Shown here: positions 44,980 through 54,249 of the stretch, piece by piece | How the letters are laid out: the number at the start of each line of letters is the position of its first letter | Position numbering within the stretch: position 1 is the stretch's first letter | From: a virus | Lineage: Duplodnaviria > Caudoviricetes | Virus record (IMG/VR): IMGVR_UViG_3300023194_000121 | Location: 770 to 64,769 of that record | Direction: 5' to 3' (one strand) | DNA length: 64,000 nt | Translations under genes and position numbers: made by a program | Notes under the pieces: generated by a model | Database searches by the model: none | What the model saw: the letters and a program-made list of their open reading frames with translations, nothing else | What the model was told of the DNA's origin: nothing

Positions 44980-45171
44980 ATGTTCGTCATCAAGTTCGCG
45001 CTCGTCTCATCGCTATTCGCAGGCGGCGTCGCAGCCACTTCGACGCAGACCTATCAGTCGCTCGCCGCTTGCAACGCAGCGGCGCTTGCCGCAGGGGGCT
45101 CCCAACAACCGCAGGGACCGGTCTATACGATGAGCTGCGTCTCAGCGCCAGCTGTGCCAGCCCAACAGTAG
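44980..45171 (+). CDS. Small exported hypothetical protein
   Basis: GAGG RBS; MFVIKFALVSSLFAGGVAA signal-like. Confidence 0.5.
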   Translation: MFVIKFALVSSLFAGGVAATSTQTYQSLAACNAAALAAGGSQQPQGPVYTMSCVSAPAVPAQQ

Positions 45172-45212
45172 GATAACCAGCAATCAGCCGAAAAAGTCAG
45201 ATGAAATTGCCG

Positions 45213-45232
45213 CCGCCTTCGGGCGGTTTTTT
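45213..45232 (+). terminator. Intrinsic terminator (identical to 49363-49382)
   Basis: CCGCC-TTCG-GGCGG followed by TTTTTT. Confidence 0.85.
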
Positions 45233-45247
45233 CTTTGGAGAAAGTGA

Positions 45248-46597
45248 ATGAAAAAGCTCCTTAACGCTGCTTTTGCTGTCCTTCTTGGTGGTGTTTCTCC
45301 GGCTGTGGCGCAATCACCGGATTTTGCCAACCTGCTTCAAAGATGGGGACCATCGACAACTCGTCCCAGCTGCGCGGTGGCAAAGAATACGGGCGTTTAT
45401 TATTTCGATACCACGCTTGGCTATCCGGTTTTCTGCAGCGGCGTCACGGGCCAGTGGGTCGGCGGAACGAACGCATATCCATTTACTTCCGACGGCAGCG
45501 GCGGGGTGCAGCTCAGCGGGTATCCCGTCAATTTCATCGCGGCGGTCACTCAGAATATGAGTGGAACCAATACCGTCATGCAAGACAATGTGTCTGTCGA
45601 CGCAAGTGCCGCGGGTTCATTGCCGGGCGGCGCAGTTGTCGCACATAATTGTCGCGCCACAGTAAATGGAAGTGGAGCTGAGGCGGTTGGTGCAATCCAT
45701 GCGGTTGGCTGCAAAGGCGATGTGTTTTACACCGGCTCGGGTCAATATCAGCGCTTGATCGGTGCGGAAGGCGCTGTTCAGATCACGGGCACTGGAACCG
45801 TTTCGGATAACGTGGGCGTGCTCGGTTATATGCCGAGCAATTCTGGCACAATGACCCGCTTTTACGGGTTCACGACAGACGCAGCACAGAACACGGGTAC
45901 GATTGGGACATGGGCGGACTATGTTTCTCCGCTTCTCGCTCCAAGCGGCGGGGGCACGATTACGACGAAATATTCGCTTCTCAACCAGGATCCAAACAAG
46001 CTGATTTGGACGCAAGGACGCGTTCTTTACGGGCCGACTGCAACGCAGGCAGAGCTCGCTCCGCCACCGCGCGTCTTGCAGCGCACTGGTCGATACTATT
46101 ATGGCATTCAGCCGAGCCAAGTTTCGGCTAACATGAACACGCTTTCCACGAACATGTGGTACGCGCCGTTCTATGTCAGCCAGCAGACGACTTATACGAA
46201 GATCGGCTGCAACGTTGTCACGGCCAATGCGAGCGCAGCCATAAAGCTTGCAATTTATGGAAGCAATCTTGGGCAGCCGGCCAATGCACCTCTCGCGACA
46301 TCCGTGTCGCTTGATGCTTCGACGACTGGCGACAAGGAAGACACGACACTTTCCGTCACTCTGAATCCGGGCTTCTATTTCCTCGCGATCACGAGCAATG
46401 ATAACACCATCACTGTCGCGACCTATCTGGAGAACAGCGCACTTTCGATCTTTGGCACGTCGACATCTGGAGGAACAGATGTAACGCCATACAGTGCCGG
46501 AGCGAACGGAATGACGGCATTTCCATCGAGTCCAGCGCTTTCGTATGCCGCTCTTGGCGGTGCGGGCAATGCACCGAAGATCTGGTTGCGGCGCTAA
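45248..46597 (+). CDS. Putative tail spike/adhesin with predicted signal peptide
   Basis: MKKLLNAAFAVLLGGVSPAVA; RPS...GVYYFDTTLGYPVF...G.WV virion-type motif; Gly/Thr/Ser-rich. Confidence 0.6.
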   Translation: MKKLLNAAFAVLLGGVSPAVAQSPDFANLLQRWGPSTTRPSCAVAKNTGVYYFDTTLGYPVFCSGVTGQWVGGTNAYPFTSDGSGGVQLSGYPVNFIAAVTQNMSGTNTVMQDNVSVDASAAGSLPGGAVVAHNCRATVNGSGAEAVGAIHAVGCKGDVFYTGSGQYQRLIGAEGAVQITGTGTVSDNVGVLGYMPSNSGTMTRFYGFTTDAAQNTGTIGTWADYVSPLLAPSGGGTITTKYSLLNQDPNKLIWTQGRVLYGPTATQAELAPPPRVLQRTGRYYYGIQPSQVSANMNTLSTNMWYAPFYVSQQTTYTKIGCNVVTANASAAIKLAIYGSNLGQPANAPLATSVSLDASTTGDKEDTTLSVTLNPGFYFLAITSNDNTITVATYLENSALSIFGTSTSGGTDVTPYSAGANGMTAFPSSPALSYAALGGAGNAPKIWLRR

Positions 46598-46610
46598 ACT
46601 ATTATCGACG

Positions 46611-46633
46611 AAAAGCCGCTGTGCGGCTTTTCT
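46611..46633. terminator. Bidirectional intrinsic terminator
   Basis: AAAAGCCGC-TGT-GCGGCTTTT between convergent genes. Confidence 0.8.
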
Positions 46634-46741
46634 ATAGAAGTATGCGAATGGAATCGCCGATTGATTTATGGTTGGCTGCAAAGTTACCCATTTCTAGGGG
46701 TGCACGGACCGTCTAGAAAGGGGGTAATCTAGTGCTTTATT

Positions 46742-47182
46742 TCAAACTAAATTTAGCTCGATCATTTTTGAAAGAAAAGCTATCACAGTATTTGTATCGT
46801 CCAACGGACGCGGCCAACTGAAGCCGTCAAGGCAGTGTTCTTCGTCTTTCACATACACCGTGAACCCTTCGCCGTCGGCGATGACAAGATAGGGCTGGCT
46901 GGCATAATTGCCTCTTTTACAAACTAAGGCTTTTACAATCCGTCCCGCCGCAGGGTGACTGGATTTATCAGTCACCTTGGTATGCATGTCATGCGGCTTT
47001 ATTGCTTCATTCAGTTGATTTAAAGCGGGCTCAAATGTGCTCTTCCACCAGTTTGATGCTGTCTCAAATGCCTTTTGTTGTACGATTGTCTGTGCCTGCA
47101 ATTTTTCTTGCTCAACACGTCGAGTTCTTATGATCTGTTCGACTCTATCGTTTGCAACTTTAATAAATGGATTTTCAGTCAT
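46742..47182 (-). CDS. AT-rich antisense moron, hypothetical protein
   Basis: 146-aa ORF with AAAGGA RBS between tail and lysis genes. Confidence 0.7.
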   Translation of the reverse strand: MTENPFIKVANDRVEQIIRTRRVEQEKLQAQTIVQQKAFETASNWWKSTFEPALNQLNEAIKPHDMHTKVTDKSSHPAAGRIVKALVCKRGNYASQPYLVIADGEGFTVYVKDEEHCLDGFSWPRPLDDTNTVIAFLSKMIELNLV

Positions 47183-47420
47183 AAAAAATATCCTTTGCGG
47201 CTAAATGTCCGAGGTCCCCCAATGGGCATGCGTTAGATAAACTATAAATTTGTTTGAGCCGTCAAAAAATACTTTTTTTCGATAACAGCGAGTGAAGTAC
47301 GTCAGTACCGTGAGACGTATGGAACACAGGGTAAGACTTTTCTGATTAGGGAAAAGCGTTTCCGAACGAGAAAACATCTACGCTGCAGCTCCTAGAGCGG
47401 CTTTTTCTTTGGAGCAAACG

Positions 47421-48215
47421 ATGACAGACCTTGCGGCCTTGCGGTCAGCAAATGCGGTCCGCTGGATGGATGCGAAGCTCACGCGGGAGAAGGACTTCCA
47501 TGCACCGGCGATGAAGGCTGTGGCGAACAAGCAGACCTATCGCGAGATCGAAGCGCATACCGGCGTGCCTTGGGCCTTCACGGCACTCACGCATTATCGG
47601 GAAACATCGCAGGATTTCTCCCGATCAATCGCGCAGGGTGATCCATGGAACAAGCGCTCAATCCACGTGCCGGCCGGACGCGGCCCGTTCTCTTCCTTCG
47701 TTGACGCAGCGATCGACGCTTTCGTGAGCTGCTCGCCCTATGCGGCGCGCAATAAGGATTGGTCGATCGCAGGCATGCTGACTTTGCTCGAGCGATATAA
47801 CGGGCTTGGCTATGCCAATCGCAATCTTCCGTCGCCCTACATCTGGGCTGGTACCGACCAGTATCACAAAGGCAAATACGTCGCCGACGGCAGGTTCGAT
47901 CCGAATGTCGTCGACCAGCAGCTCGGGTGTGCTGGCCTGCTACTGGCGATGTCATCGCTCGATCCGACGATCACGCTCGGCACAACCGGGCCAGTCGCCG
48001 TCGATATCCCGAAGGATGGCGAGTGGCTGCAGAACGCGTTGAACAAGCTCGGTGCGACGCCGGTGCTTCAGGTCGATGGCATTGTCGGTCAGGCGACGCG
48101 GCTCGCCGTGAAGGCTTACCAGATGCGTAAGGGGCTCGCCGCCGACGGCGCGGCTGGCGCTCTGACACTCGCAGCCATTGACGCCGATCTTAAGGCCTTA
48201 CCGGCCGCCGCGTAA
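47421..48215 (+). CDS. Endolysin: lysozyme-like domain plus C-terminal peptidoglycan-binding domain
   Basis: YREIEAHTGVPW...HYRE...LERYNGLGY...SPYIWAGT..Y..GKYVADG; WLQNALNKLG...VDGIVG..TR.AVKAYQ..GLAADG. Confidence 0.88.
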   Translation: MTDLAALRSANAVRWMDAKLTREKDFHAPAMKAVANKQTYREIEAHTGVPWAFTALTHYRETSQDFSRSIAQGDPWNKRSIHVPAGRGPFSSFVDAAIDAFVSCSPYAARNKDWSIAGMLTLLERYNGLGYANRNLPSPYIWAGTDQYHKGKYVADGRFDPNVVDQQLGCAGLLLAMSSLDPTITLGTTGPVAVDIPKDGEWLQNALNKLGATPVLQVDGIVGQATRLAVKAYQMRKGLAADGAAGALTLAAIDADLKALPAAA

Positions 48216-48247
48216 GAAGACGCCAATTACTCAATAGGAGGAGAGCT

Positions 48248-48598
48248 ATGACTCAAGATCAAGTCGATGCCTACATTCGAACGGCCTGCACGATGATCGG
48301 TGGCATTCTGATGACAAGCGCGGGATGGACATCAGAACAGGTCGCCAGCCTGACGACCGGCGTGCTCGGTGTGTCCGGGCTCATTTTCCTTGGCATCAGC
48401 CTTTACGGCTCATGGAAGGCGCATTCGAGCGCAGGCATCGCCAAAGCGGCCGAGCGGAGCGTAAGCCCGATCGACAAGGCCAAGATCGCAGCATCCTTGC
48501 CCAATACGACCGTCGTCACGACGCCTGAGATTGCTGGCACGACGCCAGAGGCGAACATCGTCTCCAATGAGACGCACGTTGTTCAGGGGCTCGCATGA
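48248..48598 (+). CDS. Putative holin (two TM segments)
   Basis: IRTACTMIGGILMTSAGW and GVLGVSGLIFLGISLYGSW; follows endolysin. Confidence 0.6.
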   Translation: MTQDQVDAYIRTACTMIGGILMTSAGWTSEQVASLTTGVLGVSGLIFLGISLYGSWKAHSSAGIAKAAERSVSPIDKAKIAASLPNTTVVTTPEIAGTTPEANIVSNETHVVQGLA

Positions 48599-48861
48599 TC
48601 AACGTCTTCTCCATCCTCGATATCGCCGAAAGCTTCTTCGAGTACGAAGGCTTCAAGCAGGTCTTCAAAGATGGCCGCACGCTTTATGGCGTCTATACGG
48701 CCATCGTGAACGCCAAGAAGTTTTCGCCATCTGCAATGGTTAAAGACAACACGCTTTGGCCGGTCATCGAAGCCGTGAACCGCGCGACCTCTGCCATGCT
48801 AAAAATGCGCGACGACCCGACCAAAAAGCAGGAAATCGAGACCGAACTCTCCAAGGTCTGA
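48595..48861 (+). CDS. Hypothetical protein in lysis cassette
   Basis: ATGA-coupled 88-aa ORF. Confidence 0.55.
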   Translation: MINVFSILDIAESFFEYEGFKQVFKDGRTLYGVYTAIVNAKKFSPSAMVKDNTLWPVIEAVNRATSAMLKMRDDPTKKQEIETELSKV

Positions 48862-48920
48862 TCTTCCAAAGGTTCCCGCGTCGGCCGGGTTTGCCCGACA
48901 CCTTTCGAAAGGACATCAAC

Positions 48921-49334
48921 GTGAAAACCAACGCCAAGATCTTTGGCCTCGGCCTCTCTGTGCTCGCTGCGGGTTCGCTCGCCGCCTGCACCACGGAACA
49001 GGAACAGTCCGTTCTCAACACGCTGAACACGCTCTGCAGCGCGGCGCCGACCTTTGTAACGGTCGTTTCCTCACTCACAGGCGCCTCGGCTTTTGCTGGC
49101 ACACTCGGCACGGGCGCCGGCGTCGCTTGCGATCAAGGCGTCAAGCTCGTTCAGGACGCCATTGATGCGATCACTGCTGCCGGCGGTACCGCATCTGTCA
49201 GCGTCACTTCTTCCGATCCGAGCGCCGCGAAGTCGTTGAAGAAAATGGCCGCCAAATATGGCGTCCCGGTCAAGACGGCGGGCAAGACGATCACCTTCCA
49301 GGTGCCTCCGAGCACTGGGCTCTTCGGGCTCTGA
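48921..49334 (+). CDS. Lipoprotein (spanin candidate)
   Basis: GTG start with AAGGA RBS; lipobox LAAC at residues 20-23. Confidence 0.65.
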   Translation: MKTNAKIFGLGLSVLAAGSLAACTTEQEQSVLNTLNTLCSAAPTFVTVVSSLTGASAFAGTLGTGAGVACDQGVKLVQDAIDAITAAGGTASVSVTSSDPSAAKSLKKMAAKYGVPVKTAGKTITFQVPPSTGLFGL

Positions 49335-49362
49335 CGCTCTGAAACACTGCCGCTGAAACGCT

Positions 49363-49382
49363 CCGCCTTCGGGCGGTTTTTT
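49363..49382 (+). terminator. Intrinsic terminator
   Basis: CCGCC-TTCG-GGCGG-TTTTTT. Confidence 0.85.
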
Positions 49383-49405
49383 ATTGCCTGAAGGAACACC
49401 CGAAC

Positions 49406-50164
49406 ATGGACCATAGCCAGATGAAATTGGGGAAATGCTCTGTCCGTCACGATCCTCGTGTCAGGGCTATGGTCTCCTATCTTCCCTCAACCCTTGGGGC
49501 TCCGCCTGATCTCGTGAACTGGGCACATGGCATCAAGGATTGGGGCATGATGCGCAACGACGAGATCGGTGACTGCACGGCGGCGGCCGTCGCGCATCTC
49601 GAGCAGGCGCATACAGTCAACACCCGCACTGAATGGACGGCGGCAGATGTGCAGGTCGTCCAGTTCTACTCGGACACGACTGGCTACGATCCGAAAGACC
49701 CGTCGACGGATCAGGGTGGCGTGGAGGTCGACGTCCTGACCTATTGGCTGAAACACGATTTCTGCAAGCGCAAGATCGTCGGCTTTTCCGCGATCAACCC
49801 TTCCCGATTGGATGCGGTAAAACATGGCATCCATTTATTCGGCGGCCTCTATACCGGCGTTCAGCTTCCCCTCAGCGCTCAAGATCAAGATGTCTGGGAT
49901 GTGCCGCCGCGCGGCGCCTTCGGTGATGGCAAGCCGGGATCGTGGGGCGGCCACGCCATCTATTGCGTTGCCTATGACAAGGACGGCGTCACCTGCGTGA
50001 CTTGGGGCGCGCTGAAGCGCATGACCTGGCGTTTCTGGCAAACCTACATGGACGAGGCCTATGCCGTCTTGACCGGCGCGTGGATCGATAACAAGGGCGT
50101 CAGCACGTCCGGCTTTGATCTCAAAACCCTCGAGCAGCACATGCAGGAGCTTCGCGCGGCATGA
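49406..50164 (+). CDS. Papain-fold (C1-like) cysteine peptidase
   Basis: N..IGDCTAAAVAH (catalytic Cys), GGHAIYCVAYD (catalytic His), VTWG. Confidence 0.78.
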   Translation: MDHSQMKLGKCSVRHDPRVRAMVSYLPSTLGAPPDLVNWAHGIKDWGMMRNDEIGDCTAAAVAHLEQAHTVNTRTEWTAADVQVVQFYSDTTGYDPKDPSTDQGGVEVDVLTYWLKHDFCKRKIVGFSAINPSRLDAVKHGIHLFGGLYTGVQLPLSAQDQDVWDVPPRGAFGDGKPGSWGGHAIYCVAYDKDGVTCVTWGALKRMTWRFWQTYMDEAYAVLTGAWIDNKGVSTSGFDLKTLEQHMQELRAA

Positions 50165-50541
50165 GCTGGCCACGGTCCGAGTTCTGGGCGTGGTGGGGCG
50201 TCGGGGCGCTGTTGGCATTTGCTGTCTTCGCCCTGGCAACCACAAAGGCCTTCCCGGCCGAGCGCTGCATGGCGTCTTGGTATGGCGCCGAAAGCGGCCG
50301 GCGCACCGCCTCTGGAGAACGCTTCGATCCTCGCGGCATGACCGCTGCGCATCGCACAGCGCCATTCGGTTCGATCATAGGGGTCAGAGCCTATGGCCGC
50401 GAGATCCGCGTGCGCATCAACGATCGAGGGCCCTTCGTGAAAGGCCGCTGCATCGATCTTGCCGAAGGCGCCGCCGAAGCTCTTGGCATCAAGGCACGTG
50501 GAACGGCGCTGGTCCAAATCGAAAGGATCGCAGTCCAATGA
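50161..50541 (+). CDS. rlpA: RlpA-like DPBB lytic transglycosylase with signal/TM segment
   Basis: ASWYG...TASGERFDP..MTAAHRT.PFGS...VRINDRGPFVKGRCIDL. Confidence 0.9.
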   Translation: MSWPRSEFWAWWGVGALLAFAVFALATTKAFPAERCMASWYGAESGRRTASGERFDPRGMTAAHRTAPFGSIIGVRAYGREIRVRINDRGPFVKGRCIDLAEGAAEALGIKARGTALVQIERIAVQ

Positions 50542-50726
50542 GCGGTATCAGTTTGATCCCGGCGATCGTCTATGTCTGCCTGTCGCTGCAGGGCAGGGAA
50601 GCCATGGCCTGCGGCGAATTTACGGCCTCCGAGCCGCCGCGCCGCGTCATGGTGTTCGAGCAAGCCTGCGGTTTTCACGCATGGCCCTATGGCAGCACCT
50701 ACGTCGATTGTGGGCAGAAGTCATGA
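50538..50726 (+). CDS. Small Cys-rich hypothetical protein
   Basis: Coupled by ATGA overlaps. Confidence 0.45.
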   Translation: MSGISLIPAIVYVCLSLQGREAMACGEFTASEPPRRVMVFEQACGFHAWPYGSTYVDCGQKS

Positions 50727-51115
50727 CGACAGACAATGAACGGCTCGCAAAACTTGAAGCGCACCTCGAACATTTCAGCGAACGGATGTCGACACTCGAT
50801 GATATTGCGAAAGCCACTCACCGCAATACGGCCTTGCTGGAGGGCATTTCCGGGCGTCTCGCATCAGGAGATGGCGCGCTCGCGGATCATGATACGCAGC
50901 TCAGCGATATCTTCAGGCGGCTGGGTGCTGTCGAGAACCGGGTGAAGGATCTCGATGGCAATGAGACCTGGCCTTCATGGGTGCGAATTCAGGAGTTCTT
51001 TCTCCGGTTTAAATGGATGATCTGGATCATCGGTACTTTTTGGACGATTGTTTCTGCAATTATCGGAGCGATAACGGCCTTGGTTGGCTTACCGTTCTGG
51101 CACGGCAAGCCATGA
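50723..51115 (+). CDS. Coiled-coil protein with C-terminal TM helix
   Basis: ERLAKLEAHLEH...; WMIWIIGTFWTIVSAIIGAITALVGL. Confidence 0.6.
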   Translation: MTTDNERLAKLEAHLEHFSERMSTLDDIAKATHRNTALLEGISGRLASGDGALADHDTQLSDIFRRLGAVENRVKDLDGNETWPSWVRIQEFFLRFKWMIWIIGTFWTIVSAIIGAITALVGLPFWHGKP

Positions 51116-51140
51116 AGCTTTTAGAGGGAGGATTTGCTAG

Positions 51141-53054
51141 TTAATGAAATATCCTTAAATCTGCTCCGCGACTCTCGATAGAGGATGCAAGACCTTCTAC
51201 AGTGAAATATGGATCAGATCCGATAGAAGCGTTGTAAGCCGCTTCGCCATCTAAAACAATTTTAGCCAAACGGTTGTTTTCGGCTGCTTTTAAAAGCACT
51301 GCGGGATCGTCAACATCCAAGTATGGCCGCATCTTAGCCATTGCATGTTCATAAATTATTTTATACGGCTTGTAGTGATAGTGCACAAACGTGAAAGACG
51401 TATCGATCCGTTCTTCGCTATTTATAAGCGATGCATAGTGAAAACCGTGATCCATTTCTTTGAAAGTTCCAGCTCTAATAATGCTCTTCCTGTGTGGGTA
51501 TTTACGAAAGGCGTCCCGCTTGCCCAAGACGTTTGTAAAACAATAGTTCATGCCCAGTAAATTCTGTTGTTGGTCCACTTTATAAGAATCAAGCATATTT
51601 GATATTTTCAAAGCATCAGTTGTTGGACCGTCCGGTGTGTCCAGCGCCAAAAATTCATCACAATCGATGGGAATGAAAAAGTCGTATCTATCCGTCGTTT
51701 GTAGATCTCGGATTCTTTCACCTATCAAAACGCCTTTCCTGCGGAAATCTATTCCAGATTGTGCAGACCAGTAAACGTTAAGTCCGAGTTTCGCTTGCTG
51801 CTTCAAAAACGCGATTACATTTGGATCCGTTGATCCATTGTCCCAAAGATATATATTTTCTAAACCGAAAAGATTTGAGTGATACGCTATCCACGAGGGG
51901 AGTAGATCGCTCTCATTCTTTTGCATTATCATGCATGCAACACGTGACGTCGAGGCAGCCAGTATTGCTGGAACACATTTGGTCGGTTCGCTATCTACCT
52001 TCGATCGTTCAGATAAACCAGCGATCTTCGTGCGTGTCATCCCCAGCTGAGAAAGCCAAGATATCTCTTCATCCAAGCCAGCTGTGATTTCTCGAATTAT
52101 CTTGCTGGGGCGGTCCGACAGAACAATGCTTGATCCACTTATTAAATCAATATCTTTGCTGTCATCTGTATCCACGATCACATTGAGATTTTTAGAGAAT
52201 GAAGGCAAAAAGTGGTGAGTAGCAAAATTATGATTAGCTGCAAGTTCTGAAGCTAGACGTCTGTCCCAGGTTATTCCCGTTCTAACTTTTTCAGCTGGTG
52301 CTCCCGCGTATATGCAGTTTGCAAGTAATTTGCCTTGAGCAACCGAACCTTGGCCAATGATTGTGTCCGAGCCAACTTCTGTGCCCTTATTAAGAGTCAC
52401 TGAACGCGAGACCCACACGTGAGGGTGCAGAACCACAGAACGTGGTGGATTTATCCGTTTTCCTGATTCAGCATCGTAGATACCATGTGAATCACTGGTT
52501 CGCATAAAAACATTGGTCGACAGCATAGCGTCGCTGCCGATGATAATGTTCGAGTTTTCTTGTACGCAAAAATTACAGCCACTTTGAGTCGTTGTACCAG
52601 GACCCAACACTGTGTAGGCTGATTGGCCATACGTATGAACGAATAATCCTTCAAGTCGGCTGCTAAAACCGGCCACAAATATATTGTCGAGGCCATGGCA
52701 GGCTATGTTTGTGTCCTTGATATCGCAATCGCTACCAAAAAAAACGAATGCTGGTTTCTGCCCAGAAATCGAAGTGCGCAAAAATTTGCAACCAGCTGCT
52801 ACGAAAACACGAGCTTCTGGATTGCTAATTATTAAGCCTTCAACCTCGCCATTCTTCACCTCAGTATATGAAGTTAGAGGCTCTAGTCGGGCAGGAACAG
52901 AATTATTCTCGGCAAAAATAGAAAGCAGTTGCGCATAAATATAACGCAACCTGTGATCGGTCTTTTGTGCGAGGATTTGATCCATGAGCATAGGAAAAGA
53001 TGTCTTAATTGTCTCTTCGACAGACATCCGTCGCGGTTTCTCAGATGCAGCCAT
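51141..53054 (-). CDS. Fusion of left-handed beta-helix O-acetyltransferase-like domain and GT-A glycosyltransferase (GT2/GT92-like)
   Basis: IIIGSDAMLSTNVFMRTSDSH...VVLHPHVWVSRSVTLNKG..VGSDTIIG..SV; CMIMQKNE..LL..WI.YH..LFG...YLWDNGSTD...IPIDCDEF. Confidence 0.8.
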   Translation of the reverse strand: MAASEKPRRMSVEETIKTSFPMLMDQILAQKTDHRLRYIYAQLLSIFAENNSVPARLEPLTSYTEVKNGEVEGLIISNPEARVFVAAGCKFLRTSISGQKPAFVFFGSDCDIKDTNIACHGLDNIFVAGFSSRLEGLFVHTYGQSAYTVLGPGTTTQSGCNFCVQENSNIIIGSDAMLSTNVFMRTSDSHGIYDAESGKRINPPRSVVLHPHVWVSRSVTLNKGTEVGSDTIIGQGSVAQGKLLANCIYAGAPAEKVRTGITWDRRLASELAANHNFATHHFLPSFSKNLNVIVDTDDSKDIDLISGSSIVLSDRPSKIIREITAGLDEEISWLSQLGMTRTKIAGLSERSKVDSEPTKCVPAILAASTSRVACMIMQKNESDLLPSWIAYHSNLFGLENIYLWDNGSTDPNVIAFLKQQAKLGLNVYWSAQSGIDFRRKGVLIGERIRDLQTTDRYDFFIPIDCDEFLALDTPDGPTTDALKISNMLDSYKVDQQQNLLGMNYCFTNVLGKRDAFRKYPHRKSIIRAGTFKEMDHGFHYASLINSEERIDTSFTFVHYHYKPYKIIYEHAMAKMRPYLDVDDPAVLLKAAENNRLAKIVLDGEAAYNASIGSDPYFTVEGLASSIESRGADLRIFH

Positions 53055-53061
53055 TTCTTTC

Positions 53062-54249
53062 CTACCGTACTTCAATGCGCCAGCGAACCAGATCACGTTT
53101 TTTATGATCACGAACACAATCATCGAAATCAAAACGTGTCATATACAGATCGAATGAATTTTTCGCGTGATCAAAAGTGTGTCCATCATCGTTCGATATC
53201 ACCGATGGATACGAATAGAACTTACCACAACCGGGCTTGCCATATGGAGCGGCGGCCTGCATCAGGAAAGATCTATTGTTCCAATGAACAAGATCTTTTG
53301 AAAGGCTATAATAAATTCCTTCTTCAGCGCCTGTGCCTTCTTGAAAAACAGCGACCCAAGAATCTAAATCCTCAACCCAAATAATCGCCCGAATTGGGCT
53401 GTGGAAAATGTCTGGACCAATAATCGTGCATGACTGATTCGTTATCGAACTGAAATCTGCGTTGAACCCTTCTCCGGATAGAGCAAGCCACTTCGTCAGT
53501 TCGGGATTTTGAGCCTTAAATAAGCAATTTCCCGATTTTATACCTGCAGTATTTTCAGCGTATATAATGACATATGAGGCTCCGCTGTAGGCAACTATGT
53601 TGCTCGTCGTAAAGAAACCAGTCCTCTTAGTGAGGTTACGATCATAGGGTTGCTGGGGGACAGCAATAGTTCGATCGGTACGTGATTTCAGGTGGAACGG
53701 GCCATTTTTGGGAGCGGTAGCCAGTAGAATAGAACTATACCAACACGCTCCTCGCTCGGTGGAGCTACACATTCCTTTATGACGCTGACCATTGTAATCG
53801 TGGGAAGCTAATCCAACAATTTGATGTTGTGCATTAAGAGCTATTGCTTGGACCCAATACATGTCGTCAAATGCATTTGGATCAGCATTCTCACTTCCCA
53901 TAGCTTTGAGCTGGCATTGAGGACGCAGAGTAGAAAGCGTTGCGCCCATCAAAGGGATGTTTCGATTGTTGGTTGCAAGAAAATAAACTCCTCCTCCATC
54001 TAAGCGAAGAGCTCGGGCCGGAGCATCTGGGACTGACATCGTGTGACAAGGATCACCATCGATGAAGACCTGCTCTTCCGAAGCGACAGCAAGATGTTGC
54101 TGGGGAGTTTTCATTTGCTCAGCACTCACCGAAGTTGAGATCGCCTGCATGAAACTGAAGGTGACGAGCATCAGATGATGATGGACATAGTTTGTGAGCA
54201 AATTAAAACAATAGTCTCTGATTGCTCGAGGTAGTTTAGGCATGGTCAC
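53062..54249 (-). CDS. Putative exported beta-propeller glycoside-hydrolase-like protein
   Basis: AT-rich; PDAPARA..., YYSLSKDLVHW (Asp-box-like), YSYPS; start uncertain. Confidence 0.5.
   Translation of the reverse strand: MTMPKLPRAIRDYCFNLLTNYVHHHLMLVTFSFMQAISTSVSAEQMKTPQQHLAVASEEQVFIDGDPCHTMSVPDAPARALRLDGGGVYFLATNNRNIPLMGATLSTLRPQCQLKAMGSENADPNAFDDMYWVQAIALNAQHQIVGLASHDYNGQRHKGMCSSTERGACWYSSILLATAPKNGPFHLKSRTDRTIAVPQQPYDRNLTKRTGFFTTSNIVAYSGASYVIIYAENTAGIKSGNCLFKAQNPELTKWLALSGEGFNADFSSITNQSCTIIGPDIFHSPIRAIIWVEDLDSWVAVFQEGTGAEEGIYYSLSKDLVHWNNRSFLMQAAAPYGKPGCGKFYSYPSVISNDDGHTFDHAKNSFDLYMTRFDFDDCVRDHKKRDLVRWRIEVR

Noticed and set aside
42837-46597. Tail-fibre diversification by DGR or invertase
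   Set aside because: No reverse transcriptase, template/variable repeat pair, serine invertase or flanking inverted repeats seen
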